64,000 nt of DNA from Phyllobates terribilis (taxonomy: Eukaryota), in assembly GCF_046119375.1 (NCBI RefSeq), contig NW_027362770.1, forward strand, positions 191,394,001 to 191,458,000, written 5' to 3'. The notes under the pieces are model-generated. The model ran no database searches. It had not been told where the DNA came from and saw nothing but the letters and a program-made list of their open reading frames with translations. This document shows, one piece after another, positions 24,699-37,400 of this stretch. Every line of letters begins with the position of its first letter. The stretch's first letter is position 1. Both the position numbers and the translations under genes were made by a program.

Positions 24699-27600
24699 AT
24701 GGACTATAAGGCACGTGAGAAAACGTGGCTTACCAAACTAGATGAGGTATTTGGTGAGGAATCATGTGTGGTTTTAAAAACTGGAGAGACTGAGGACTTG
24801 ATTACTAAGTTAAAACAACTTTATAATAAGAAAACATGGATATGGTGGAACAAAGCTTTCCTAGAGAGATATATTAAGGGACTGATTCCCCGAGGCCTTC
24901 GCGTGCAGGTTTTTCCTTCATTTACAATTGAAGATGAGGGGTTTAAGAAGGAGTGGGAAAACCTATCTAACTGCTCCAGGGGGTACATGGAATTATGAAT
25001 CAAATCCAATATGACCACCCTGGAAATGATTGAAAGTGAAATCAACTCAATCCAGGTGACTTTGACAGAAAAACTTGACTCTGAAGCATTGTTGAAGGTT
25101 AATAAAGATCAGGAGGGGGACTTTGTGATATGGGAAAAAGAGATTGTGAATTCTAAGTCTAAAAAATATCAAAGGGATCTCTTGGATTACGCTGAGAACC
25201 ATGTTTATAGATGGAGGAACAAACAGAGGTCGAACAATGCGACCCCCAGACCCCGGACACACTCTTTCTCATCCTTATCCTCAATGGATGAGGATCCCTC
25301 TACAAGCGGTCAGTTTGGCAATACTTATAAAGAGCGGATTGGTCAGGGAAGGCAAGGATCTAATAAGGGCAAAAGCCAGAATAAACGCAAACTAACACCA
25401 CCCCAGTCCAAGGAAAAGAAGCCCAAACAAAGCACTAGTTTAGAGGTAATCAACCTTTCTGAACACGTATTAACCGATGCACAACGGGAAGTACTTAGCT
25501 TAGGTCTTACTTTTGTCCCTGATAACAACTTTGATTCTTTTTTAGCAATAAAAGACTTACAACTCTTTCTAAGAAAAGTAACTTTACGAAAACTTCATAC
25601 TCGCCCGGTGAGTGGACAGGACCTGAATACCTTACAAGAGGAGGAAGCGTTAGCGGCATTGGAGGAGTTGGCACAAGAGAGTATCCCTGCTGCTACAGGT
25701 GCCTTCCCGTCCTCGGTGTTGCCTAGATCGACCACGTCCCCCCCCCCTTCTCCCTGTGCCCCCAGATAGAAATATTTAACAAACTTGTTAATGAGGATTT
25801 TAAAAGGATTCCCAATTGGAGGAGAAATGATAATTTGACGGGGGTCCAACATAAAGCCCTCAAGGAATTGAGGGGCATGAAGGATGTGGTCATAAAACCA
25901 GCAGATAAGGGGGGCAATGTGGTGGTCTGGCCGGCTCGGAGGTACGAGAAGGAGGCCTTTAGACAGCTGAGGGACCGTGAGGCATATACCCCTCTTACCC
26001 ATAATCCCTTGAGTGACTTCTCTCAAACTCTAATTGATATTCTGGAATGAGCATTTGCACAGGGGATCATCCCCAAAAAAATATTTGATGGGTTGGTGGT
26101 ACAGTGTCCGGTAGACCCTACATTCTATTTACTACCCAAAGTACATGAGAATGCTCTCGAACCCCTGGGACGTCCGATTGTCTCTGGCATAGGAGGGCTT
26201 TGTGACCCTGTGTGCAAATTTATTGAACACTACTTACATCCTTTGGTCGAAAACTTGCCCTCCTATGTCAGGGACACTACGGACGTCCTTAGAAAAATCG
26301 ATGGTCTGTACTTGGATTCAGATATGACCCTGGTTACTGCGGATGTCGAATCTCTGTACACCAGCATTGATCATTCGGATGGATTGGAGGCAGTAGAATT
26401 CTTCCTTAGTACGAGTAACCTAGACTCTGCACTATGGCACCTTGTTTTGGAACTCCTACAATTTATTTTAACTCATAATTTTTTTACATTCAAAGACCGC
26501 TTCTTCTTACAGAGACGAGGCACTGCGATGGGGGCGGCGTGTGCGCCGTCGTATGCCAACCTCTTTCTGGGATATTGGGAGAGGGAGGTTGTCATTGACG
26601 GCGCGGGTGCCTCCTCCCATGCGCAGTGCTGGTACAGATATATAGACGATCTATTTATCATTTGGCAGGGGTCGGAGCCTGGGCTTCATGACTTCATCTG
26701 TGAACTCAATAAGAACAAAAGAAACATCAAACTCACTCACAAACACTCGAGGAAAGAGATTGACTTCTTGGATGTGAAAACAAGAGTGCAAAATAATGGT
26801 GTGCTCCAGACGGATGTGTACCGGAAGGAAACATCAGTAAATTCCCTCCTCCATGCAACATCGGCACATACTGTACATACAATCCGTTCAGTACCAACAG
26901 GTCAATTTCTTAGAGTGAAGCGTATCTGCTCCTCAGAGGAGATCTTTGAGGCTCAGGCTCGGGACCTGTCAAACCGATTCTTTGAACGCGGATACAGTAG
27001 GAGAGCTGTAAAACAGGGATACCATTGTGCCAAAAAAACACCTCGAGACTTGTTATTGGTGAATAAAAGTAAAAACTCCAAGAAAGATCCCCCTTTGAGA
27101 TTTATCTCAACTTTCAACAATCAATGGCCGAGAATGCGACAAATATTACAAAAACACTGGCCGATTCTCACTACAGAACCTACTTTGAGGAAAATCCTTC
27201 CTGACCATCCATTACTTACCGCAAGGAAAAGTCGGAATTTGAGAGACATCTTAGTAAGGAGCCACTATGTGGCAAATCCTCCGAACCCGTTCGGTGCTGG
27301 TGTGCAGAGATGGGGCTGTTTTCCATGTGGATCCTGCATGGCATGCAGAAGCATCACTAGAGCTGCCTGTTTTTCATCTTCTGATGGGGGTAGGGACTAT
27401 CGGATCACTCATTACATCTCTTGTAGTACGAGTTATGTTATTTATCGTGCCACTTGTACTTGCAACCTCCATTATGTAGGACTCACGTCCCGACAGTTCC
27501 ACATACGAGTGAGGGAGCACATCAGAGACATTAAAGCCGCGAGCACGGCTGAGGATGTCTCTGTATTAAAAACCATCCCAAAACACTTTAGGTTACACCA

Positions 27601-27775
27601 TAAGTGCAATACTGATGAAATTAAATTTATTGGAATAGGCAGAATATTATGTGGTATCAGGGGAGGTGACAGAAAGAAAATCTTAGCTCAAAGAGAATGT
27701 CGTTGGATTTTCGCTCTGGACACCATGTCCCCCTCTGGGCTAAATGAAAAACTATCGTTCTCACCTTTTCTATAA
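24699..27775 (+). pseudogene. Penelope-like RT/GIY-YIG polyprotein with in-frame stops (24996, 26048) and a frameshift near 25750
   Basis: FYLLPKVH, RPIVSG, GTAMGAACAPSYANLF and RYIDD (RT); CFPCGSCMAC; VIY..C.C...YVGLT..RVREH (GIY-YIG). Confidence 0.92.
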
Positions 27776-28140
27776 GAGAAACATAACATAACCTTCTTTT
27801 GAACCTGCTTGGACATCAATGTATAAATAAACCTTTTCTCTTTCATATGTGTATGAGATAGAGTGAACAGGGATATGGCTCTGAATCCCTATATGAAAAT
27901 CTACTTATATATTCTCCCTGTGAGTTGAGCTTTTTTGTCCCCCTCCCGTTCCCTTCTTCCTTTTCCCCTCCCCCCCTCCTCTCCATCTTCACCCCCCCTT
28001 TTCACCACTTATTCGTTTCTAATGTACTGATTATGCCCTCTTATCCCATGCTATCCAAGATCGTTTATAAACCCCTGTACATATCCTCACTCTTTGCATT
28101 TTTATCCTCCCACTGGAGGTTGTGTGGCTTTAAGCTTATG

Positions 28141-28143
<3 letters not shown>

Positions 28144-28174
<31 letters not shown>
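28144..28174. repeat. (TA)n microsatellite
   Basis: Direct reading. Confidence 0.95.
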
Positions 28175-28178
<4 letters not shown>

Positions 28179-28941
28179 GGTGTGTCTTATAGATCTTATG
28201 TATACGAGGCGTCCCCCCCCCCCCCTTTTTTTTTTGTCATTTGCACATTCCCTCTTTAGGGGCATTGTGCAGGCATTATGACATAGTGGGGATGCTCTTT
28301 GTGGTCGGTCATTGTGCTATGCTTGCTGAGACCACTGATTTTGGGTCTGTGAGATGGCTATGGGGCGGTGGAGTGCAGGCTTGCGTTCCACGAAACCGGA
28401 AATGACGGCGGTGGAGCGCAGGCTTGCATTCCAAGAAACTGGAAGTGACGCCGCGGTGTGGATCACATGACCGGAAGTGACATACGTGGAGCGCAAACAG
28501 CGTTCCACGGCGTGGGAATGGAGCATACTGCATGGGAAGTGTTAGATTGTCTCGTTTTCAGGGGGTCTTATAATGGATTTTTCTATGTGGGGGTCTTAGA
28601 TGTGTCTCCTCGGGGGGATCCTGCCTTGGGGGGTAGGGGATCGCTGTCTGCCCTTTATGGGGCGTTTGTGGATCGCTGGGGCATGTATGTGTGGGTGGGT
28701 TTAGCTCCTGCAGGGGGCATTTGCATATACGAGCTTTAATTGGCTAAAGTTCGCTGCTATTTACGGTGTTATCCAATGAGACCAGATGTGTCTCAAGGTA
28801 CACACATGGGAATTATTTGGAATAATTGTACCTGAACATACTTAAGGCAATCAACCTGTGGCCATTTTGCCACTGCCTTTTCTATATACCTGCATGGAGG
28901 GTTACCATACCCTAGACCATTGATAATAATTTTTCTGTTAC

Positions 28942-28982
28942 TCCCCTGATGAATCACTTGATGGTGAGGAAACGCGTTGGGA
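28942..28982 (+). ncRNA. Minimal type I hammerhead ribozyme motif
   Basis: Reads TCCC-CTGATGA-A-TCAC-TTGATG-GTGA-G-GAAAC-GCG-TT-GGGA. The core is intact and helix III is palindromic (ACGCGT), but the helix II base pair is imperfect. Confidence 0.75.
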
Positions 28983-30459
28983 AACTTCTGTAGGGTCCAT
29001 GTAGGGCTGATCAGATCTTTAGGGTCAGCTGTGGACTGCCCTTGTCAGGGCGGGAGCTTTGGGGTCCTAGGGACAGCATATGAGAACAGGGCATTATAGG
29101 GTCAGAGGTGGATGACCGCTGGATTAACCCTGTGCTATTCTGTGGAGAAATTCGTGCTGCAGGACCGGTGAGATTGTTCCTTTTCTTTCTACTTATGAAT
29201 TTCCACTGTTTGCATATGATAGTCTCTCTCTACTATTAAGGAGTAAACATTATTGTAGTAAATTAAGGAACATATATCTCCTGTTGTATTTTCTGAACTA
29301 GTCCACCCCACTGGGTGAATAACATCCCTATTTATGTTTGTTTGTGTGTATCTAGATACTATTTTAGATTTTAATTATCCCATTAAAAGTTATATTTTAA
29401 TTCTGCCATTTTTTGCTGTATATGTTTTATTGTGAGTCCGTAAAAGTGGCGTAATACCTCTGACAACATTGTTGACAGCAGTGATCTGGGTGTCCGAAAT
29501 GCTTCCAGGGGTCTTCCCCCTGCTGATCCCAGGTCATTTGAGCACTCTTCCCATCGATTTGGGCAATTTTTAGGCCCTCTGCAGACCGCCGGAAAAATGC
29601 TAGTTTCCCATAGACTTACATTGGTCTCGTTACTCGGTCCTAGCACTCAAGCATTCCAATTTGCTCAACCCGAACGACGAGTACCCGAGCATTTTAGTGC
29701 TCGCTCATCACTAATAACAACCTATTCATACAACCTTTTTCTTGTAGGACACCTGTAAGGAATAAACAATAAACACAATTAAAACAATCAGCATCTCTTC
29801 AGCTGGAGTTTTTCGCACGTCTTCAATCAGATGTCTCTCACTAGGCTTTAACAGTTATTTTTTTCTACAAAGTCTTTTAAGGAAAATTAATAATAAAACA
29901 AAAATAAATAATAATAATAATGTTTAATAAAACAGGCACAGTAATGTCAGTCTCTTCAGTAGCATAATTCAGCACAGATTAGATCTTTTCGCAGCGCACT
30001 TCTATGCATACACAACCACCGGCTTTTCCTTCAATAATACACAGCATTCTTTATCCTGCATGGAGATGAAGGGGGGAGGGTTTGATGAGGGAGAAGATCC
30101 CTATGACATGATTCCTTCCAGTCCTTATCTTCCTGCCCAATAATACTCCACACTGTTAGCTCAGGGAGTTTATCTAACCTGTGTTTAGCTTCCCTCCTGA
30201 CTTTAATTCAGTTCCCTTGAGATACAGATCACACACCCACTTTCTCTTCGGCTTCAGCCAGACAGTAAACAACTTCCCAACAATCCCCCTGGGGCTTTGC
30301 TAAAACACTCCCTGTCTCCTGTGACTGTGTTAACGTGTAACCCTCTAGTTGCTGGATGCATTTGGAGCACAACACTTCCTGTCTCCTGTGCTTGTTACTT
30401 CTAATAGTTGTTGGATCCTTTTGAAGCAACAGCACTACTTCTGCATGTCACAATAATGT

Positions 30460-30722
30460 CCTCTACCCCACATCCATCATAGTGTCCTCTGCCCACTCCA
30501 TCATAGTGTCCTCTGCCCCACATCCATCATAGTCCTCTGCCCCACATCCATCATAGTTTCCTCTGCCCCACATCCATCATAGTTTCCTCTGCCCCACATC
30601 CATCATAGTTTCCTCTCCCCCACATCCATTATAGTGTCCTCTCCCCCACACCCATCAGAGTGTGCTCTCCCCCACACCCATCAGAGTGTGCTCTCCCCCA
30701 CATCCATCAGAGTGTTCTCTCT
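30460..30722. repeat. About 26-bp VNTR, about 10 units (mirror of 3548-3700)
   Basis: Direct reading. Confidence 0.9.
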
Positions 30723-32234
30723 CCCACATTGTCTTCTTTCTGTGTACTGGGAAAAAAATAAACACTTACCTCTCCATCTCCAGAGCCTCGGGCTCCGAGT
30801 AACAGGCCAGATTGCCCTCATTATTACAGCCCAGAAAGGGTCCCACGCCATCTCCGCTGCACCGGCGGTATGTCTGCTCCTGGCCGTGCATATCCATGTC
30901 ATAAATGTCTGAGAAATTCCCCTTCACAGTGAACCTATCAGCATGTTTTCTACATATGTTTTGTATCGCCACATCTGTAACTGTAATATTAAAAAAGCCG
31001 AAAAGGAAAAAAATAAAAAATGGCAGAATTCCTGTTATTTGGTTTCTTCATGTCCTAAAAAAATACAATTAAAGGCAATCATAACTTCTCATGGATTTCA
31101 CCAAAATATCAATAAAAACTGCAGCTCAGTGCACAAAAAACCTCTCACACAGGTTCATTAATATAAAAATGTGACCTGTCTCAGAAAGTAGCGACACAAA
31201 ATGAATTTTCATTTTCACAAAATTCTGAATTTTCTTAATTATTAAAATGTAAAAATATCTTGGAAGTTCGGTCAATCACTACCACAGTCTTGTGGAACGG
31301 TAGAATTATGTTGCCAGATCATCTTTACTGCACAGCGAACACCTTAAAAAATAAAACCCAAATAACAATGTAGGTCGTCCCTTTGGATCCACCCCCCCCC
31401 CTTTTTCAGTACATTTATTATATGGTAAAATTAATGGTGTCACTTACAACTACAGCTGGTGTCTCAAAAAACAAGTCCTCACACGGATATGGTGATAGGA
31501 AAATTACACAGTTTTGGCTCCTAGAAGAAGGAATAGAGCAAAAATGAAGTAAGGGAGGGGATATGTACAAAATCCCTACCTTGCCAAATCCACAAGTCAA
31601 GACAAATTAGCATATAAGGTGGATATAAAACTTAACTTTTACTATCAAAAGATAAAAACTGACAATCCTCAATACAAAATATTGACAGTACACATAATAA
31701 ATACATAGAACACATAAAACTGAGAAAATTGCCCGTGTCCCTGTATGGGATCATAAACGGACAATGGTCAGAAAAAATGGCATCAGCAAATACCAAAAAA
31801 AGTTACATTTTATATCCACTTTATATGCTAATTTCTGTTAGAAGAAGGGAATTAAAATGAAGCTACAAAAATGGAAAAACCTCCCCGTCATGATGTGGAC
31901 TGTGCCCCTCAGGAGTCCTGCGCTCAGTTGGGGTATACAGGGCGCACGGCACAGTAGTAGCAGAGATCCATAGATCCTATTGTAAATACGTGTCCGATTT
32001 GCTGCGGATTTGTAACCTGTGAATTGTAAACAGCAGTAACATAACCAAGCCTAGAACATGGATCTGGTACCGGAACCAAACTGCAAAAATAAGGCTCTGA
32101 TCACATTTGTGTCTGTGATTTGTCAGAAGCCTCCAACACCTCTAACACATACTTGCAGGTGTTCACTGACACATCTATAACTGAGTGTATAGCAGTTTCA
32201 TCCAGCAGACACTAGATGGCGCTGTGGTTCCCGG

Positions 32235-32242
32235 TGACGTCA
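32235..32242 (+). promoter_or_regulatory. ATF/CRE site at -51..-44 of 7SL copy 2
   Basis: TGACGTCA at the same offset as in copy 1. A CTCF-like motif lies at 32209-32224. Confidence 0.8.
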
Positions 32243-32285
32243 TCGCTCCTGCAGCCTCTAGTCATTAATAGCAGCACTCAGCATT

Positions 32286-32585
32286 GCCGGGTGCGGTGGT
32301 GCGCGCCTGTAATCCCAGCTACTTGGGAGGCTGAGGCTGGTGGATCGCTTGAGTCCAGGAGTTCTGCACTGCCCTGTGCTATGTCAATCAGGTGTCCGCA
32401 CTAAGTTCAGCATCAATATGGTGACTCTGGGGGAGCTCAGAGCTACCAGGTTGCTCTAATGAGGGGTGAACCAGCCCAGGTCAGAAACAGAGCAGGTCAA
32501 AACCCCCGTGCCGATCAGTAGTGGGACCGCACCTGTGAATAGCCAGTGTAGAGCAGCCTGGACAACACAGCGTGACACAGACTTT
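32286..32585 (+). ncRNA. RN7SL: 7SL / SRP RNA gene copy 2 (more eroded, terminator damaged)
   Basis: Starts GCCGGGTGCGG and is colinear with 7SL over about 300 nt. It ends in TTTAT instead of TTTTT. Confidence 0.92.
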
Positions 32586-32886
32586 ATATACAAATAGCAA
32601 ATAAGAATTTTATATCGGGAGATCATTATTAACCCTCAGTCACATCTGGAACAAATATCATTACATTGTTGGTTTGAAGGTGAAGATAATGCAAAACACA
32701 AAAATGTATATATTTAACCCCTTACTGGCCCAGGGCGTATTAGTACGCCCCAGGCCATCACCCCCGATTCAGTGACGGCTCCGGCGGTGAGCCTGCACTG
32801 AACCAGACACATGTCAGCTGATTATTACAGCTGACATGTGCCCGCAACAGCCGCAGGTGGAATCGCGATCCACCCGCAGCTGTTAA

Positions 32887-33102
32887 CCCTAGAACGCATG
32901 ACCATAAAAATCTACACTTTCACATACCTGGGGCCTTTTAGGCCCGTGTGCAAATAATAAATAAATGACCAACTGGAAATGACAAACAACTATATACCTG
33001 AGGAATACCTAGAGTTTCAAAATTCTAACTAAAGAAATCTTGCAGAAAATAGAAAACAATTAACAGGGCGGGCCTGCGAGGCCTCAGGTATGCGTTCTAG
33101 GG
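32887..33102. mobile_element. 216-bp piggyBac-type MITE
   Basis: TTAA TSD and a 13-bp TIR CCCTAGAACGCAT. Confidence 0.85.
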
Positions 33103-34460
33103 TTAAAATGTTAAATGCCGCTGTCAATCTCTGACAGCGGCATCTAACATCGCTGCGCCGGAAGCGCAGCATTAGCCCCGCCCATCGGTGACCCCGTCAC
33201 ATGATCGCGGGTCACCGATAGGTGGTCATGACAACTCTGGGTCTGCAGCAGACTCCAGTGGTTGTCATGTAAAGATTACTATGAGCACCACCTAGTGGTT
33301 GGCGCTCATAGCACAGGAGCATTTCTGATAAATAGAGGTGATCTGCTCATCTCCTCTATGTAGCAGAGGCGATCAGGTAATTGCTGCTTCTAGTCTCCTA
33401 TGGAGACTATTGAAGCATGCAAAAAGTTGAAAAAAAAAATGTTTTTAAAAAATGTAAAAAGAATATAAAAGTTTAAATCACCCCCCTTTTGCTCCATTCA
33501 AAATAAAATAATAAAAAATAAACCCCACATACACATATTTGGTATCGGCGCGCTCAGAATCGCCTGATCTATCAATATAAAAAAAGAATTAATCCGATCG
33601 GTAAACGACGTAACGAGAAAAAAATTCCAAACACCAGAATTACGTTTTTTTGTTCGCCGCAAAATTGCAATAAAATGCAATAACGGACGATCAAAACATC
33701 GTATCTACCCCAAAATGGTATTAATAAAAACGACAGCATGGCGCGCAAAAAATAAGCCCTCACCCGGCCCCAGATCCCGAAAAATGGAGACGCTACGGGT
33801 CTCGGAAAATGGTGCCATTTTTTTTTTAGCAAACTTTGGATTTTTTTTTCACCATTTAAATAAAAAAGAACCTATACATATTTGGTGTCTACGGACTCGT
33901 AATGACATGGAGAATAATAATGACAGGTCAGTTTTAGCATCCAGTGAACGTGGAAAGAAAAAAAAAAAACTGTGGAATTGCATTTATTTTGCAATTTCAC
34001 CGCACTTGGATTTTTTTCCCGTTTTCCCGTACAAGATATGGTAAAACCAGTAATGGCGTTTAAAAGTACAACTCATCCCGCAAAAAATAAGCACTCGCAC
34101 GGCCATATTGACCAAAAAATACAAATGCTATGGCTCTGGGAACAAGGGGAGCAAAAAACGAAAATGCAAAAACGGAAAATCCCAAGGTCGCGAGGGGGTT
34201 AACCCCTTAAGCCCCGCGGGTGGTTTGCACGTTAATGACCGGGCCAATTTTTACAATTCTGACCACTGTCACTTTATGAGGTAATTACTCTGGAACGCTT
34301 CAACGGATCCCCCTGATTCTGAGATTGTTTTTTCGTGACATATTGTACTTCATGATTGTGGAAAAATTTCTTCGATATCACTTGCGTTTATTTGTGAAAA
34401 AAACGGAAATTTGGCGAAAATTTTGAAAATTTTGCGATTTTCAAAATTTGAATTTTTAAG

Positions 34461-37400
34461 TAGAGATGAGCGGTGTTCGACTAGAACTGTTCGCCAATCT
34501 CAAATTCGAGCTGTTTTGGGCGGTGTTCGAGTTGTTCGACGAACCCGAACGATTTGCAAAAAATTCGGCTGTTCGAGGTTATGTTCGATAACTGTTCATG
34601 CACCAAAAGCGTGTCCTGCATGTCTGGTGCTATTTAGAGCACCAATCATGCAGGGATTGTCTGCCACTCACTGTAATGCCACAGCCATGGTGGTTGTGGC
34701 ATTACAGTGATTGCCCAAATCGATGGGAACAGTGCCAACAGTGAAACATGAAAAGCCGGCAATTCAGCAGCGGCATACACCGGTACCCGACAATTTAGAA
34801 CCGAAAGAATAGAGCTTCACACATAGATTAGATAAGATATAAACATGTCAGCCACATATATACGAAGCACAGTGACAGTGTTGCTTACTGTACTTGTCAT
34901 TTAGCGTAAAGGATTTATCAAAAAAAATAATAGTGTTTTCATGCACCGTCTCTTTAAAAAAGCCGGCCGGCAATTCAGCAGCGGTACCCGACAATTTATA
35001 ACAGACAGAATAGAGCTTCACACATAGATTAGATAGATAGAAACATGTCAGTCACATATATATGAAGTACAGTGACAGTGTTGGTTACTGTACTTGTCAT
35101 GTAGCGTAAAGGATTTATCAAAAAAAATAATAGTGTTTTCATGCACCGTCTCTTTAAAAAAGCCGGCCGGCAATTCAGCATCTGTACCCGACAATTTATA
35201 ACAGAAAGAATAGAGCTTCACACATAGATTAGATAGATAGAAACATGTCAGTCACATATATATGAAGTACAGTGATAGTGTTGGTTACTGTACTTGTCAT
35301 TTAGTATTAAAATAAAGGATTTATTATTAAAAAAATTGGCGTGGGGTTCCCCTTAATTTTAGGCTCTAGCGGAGGTTAAGCAGACGGCTGGGGCAGATGT
35401 TTGAAGCCTGGGAAGGGGGTAATACCCACGGAGCTTCCCAGGCTACTAATATCAGCCCCCAGCTGAATACATAGCCTTTACTAGCTATTAAAATGGGGGA
35501 CCCCCCAAAAAAAATGATGTGGGGTCCCCCCTAATTTAATAGCTAGCAAAGGCTAGGCAGACAGCTGGGGGCTGATATTAATAGCCCAGGAAGGGAGCCA
35601 TGAATATTGGCCCCCTCCCAGGCTAGAAACACCAGCCGTCAGCCGCCCCAGAAATGGCGCATTCATAGGATGCGCCAATTCTGGCACTTAGCCTCGCTCT
35701 TCCACGCTGCCCTGGTGCGGTGGCAGGGGGTAATAGGGTTGGGGTTGATGTCAGCTTATAATGCCAGCTGACATCAAGCCCAGGTTAGTAATGGAGAGGC
35801 GTCTATAAGACACCCCCATTACTAACCCCATAGTCAAAGTTAAAAAAAAAACACAAACACCCAGAATAAAGTCCTTTAATTGAAATAAAGACACAATTCT
35901 TTATTGTTCTAAATTAAACCATACTTACCGTCACGCCCATTCCAGCTGAAGCCAACGATCTCCTGCAATAAAAGAAAAATAACAAAGCAACCTCATCCTT
36001 ACCTTTCCATGGTTCCCACGACAGCTTCAGCTCTGCTACATCGAGATGACAGGCTGGACCGCAGCAGAACGCTGCCATCCAGCCTCTCATCCCGCAGACA
36101 CTGAGAAGCGCAGGCTTGCTTGCGGTGCTCAGCGTCTCTCTGTGACGACATCCAGATGAGCCGAGTTCATGTCCAATGAACTCGGCTCACCTCATGCACG
36201 TCACTGACAGCGTGGGAAAATTCTCACGCTGAAGCGGTGAGTGCAGGAGAATTTTCCCACGCTGTCAGTGACGTGCATAAGGTGAGCTCATGTCCAATGA
36301 ACTCAGCTCACCTCCTGCACGTCACTGACAGCGTGAGAGAATTCTCCTGCACTCAGCGCTTCAGTGTGAGAATTCTCCCACGCTGAAGCGCTGAGTGCAG
36401 GAGAATTTTCCCACGCTGTCAGTGACGTGCATGAGGTGAGCCGAGTTCATTGGACATTAACTCGGCTCATCTGGATGCCCTCACAGAGAGACACTGTGGA
36501 GCGCAAGCAAGCCTGCGCTTCTCAGTGTCTGCGGGATGACAGGCTGGATGGCAGCGTTCTGCTGCGGTCCAGCCTGTCATCTCGATGTAGCAGAGCTGAA
36601 GCTGTCATGGGAACCATGGAAAGGTAAGGATGATGTTGCTTTATTATTTTTCTTTTATTTCAGGAGATCGTTGGCTTCAGCTGGAATGGGCGTGACGGTA
36701 AGTATGATTTAATTTAGAACAATAAAGAATTGTGTGTTTATTTCAATTAAAGGACTTTATTCTGGGTGTTGTGTTTTTTTTAAATACTTTACTAGAAATT
36801 CATGGTGGTCATATCTAATATTGGCGTGACCCCATGAATTTCGGGCTTAGGGCCAGCTGATAATGCCAAGCTGGCCCTAACCCCTTTATTACCCAGTGAG
36901 CCACCGCATCAGGGCCCTGGATGAGTTGGGTACAGCGCCAGAAGATGGCGCTTCTATGAACGCGCCATTTTCCGGGGTGGCTGCGGACTGCAATTTGCAG
37001 CGGGGGTGGCCCAGAAAGCTTGGGCCTCCCTGCGCTGCGGATTCCAGCCCCCAGCTGCCTAGTTGTACCTGGCTGGACACAAAAACAGGGCGAAGCCCCA
37101 CGTCAATTTTCTTTAAATTATTTCATGAAATAATTAAGAAAAAAAGGGCTTCCCTATATTGTTGTGTCCGGCCAGGTACAAATAGGCAGCTGGTGGTTGG
37201 GGGCAGCCCGTTCCTGCCTGCTGTACCTGGCTGGACACAAATATAGTGCGAAGCCCCACGTCAATTTTTTTTAAATTATTTCATGAATTTCCTGAAATAA
37301 TTTAAAAAAATTGAAGTGGGGCTTCGCACTATATTTGTGTCCAGCCAGGTACAGCAGGCAGGAACGGGCTGCCCCCATCCACCAGCTGCCTATATGTACC

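Larger units (their letters stand above)
24491..29421 (+). mobile_element. Penelope-like retroelement (Neptune-type), near full length, with pseudo-LTR type A at the 3' end
   Basis: RT plus Cys-rich linker plus GIY-YIG ORF, followed by a 3' module with a hammerhead motif and an ATTAAAAGTTATATTTTAATT end. Confidence 0.92.
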
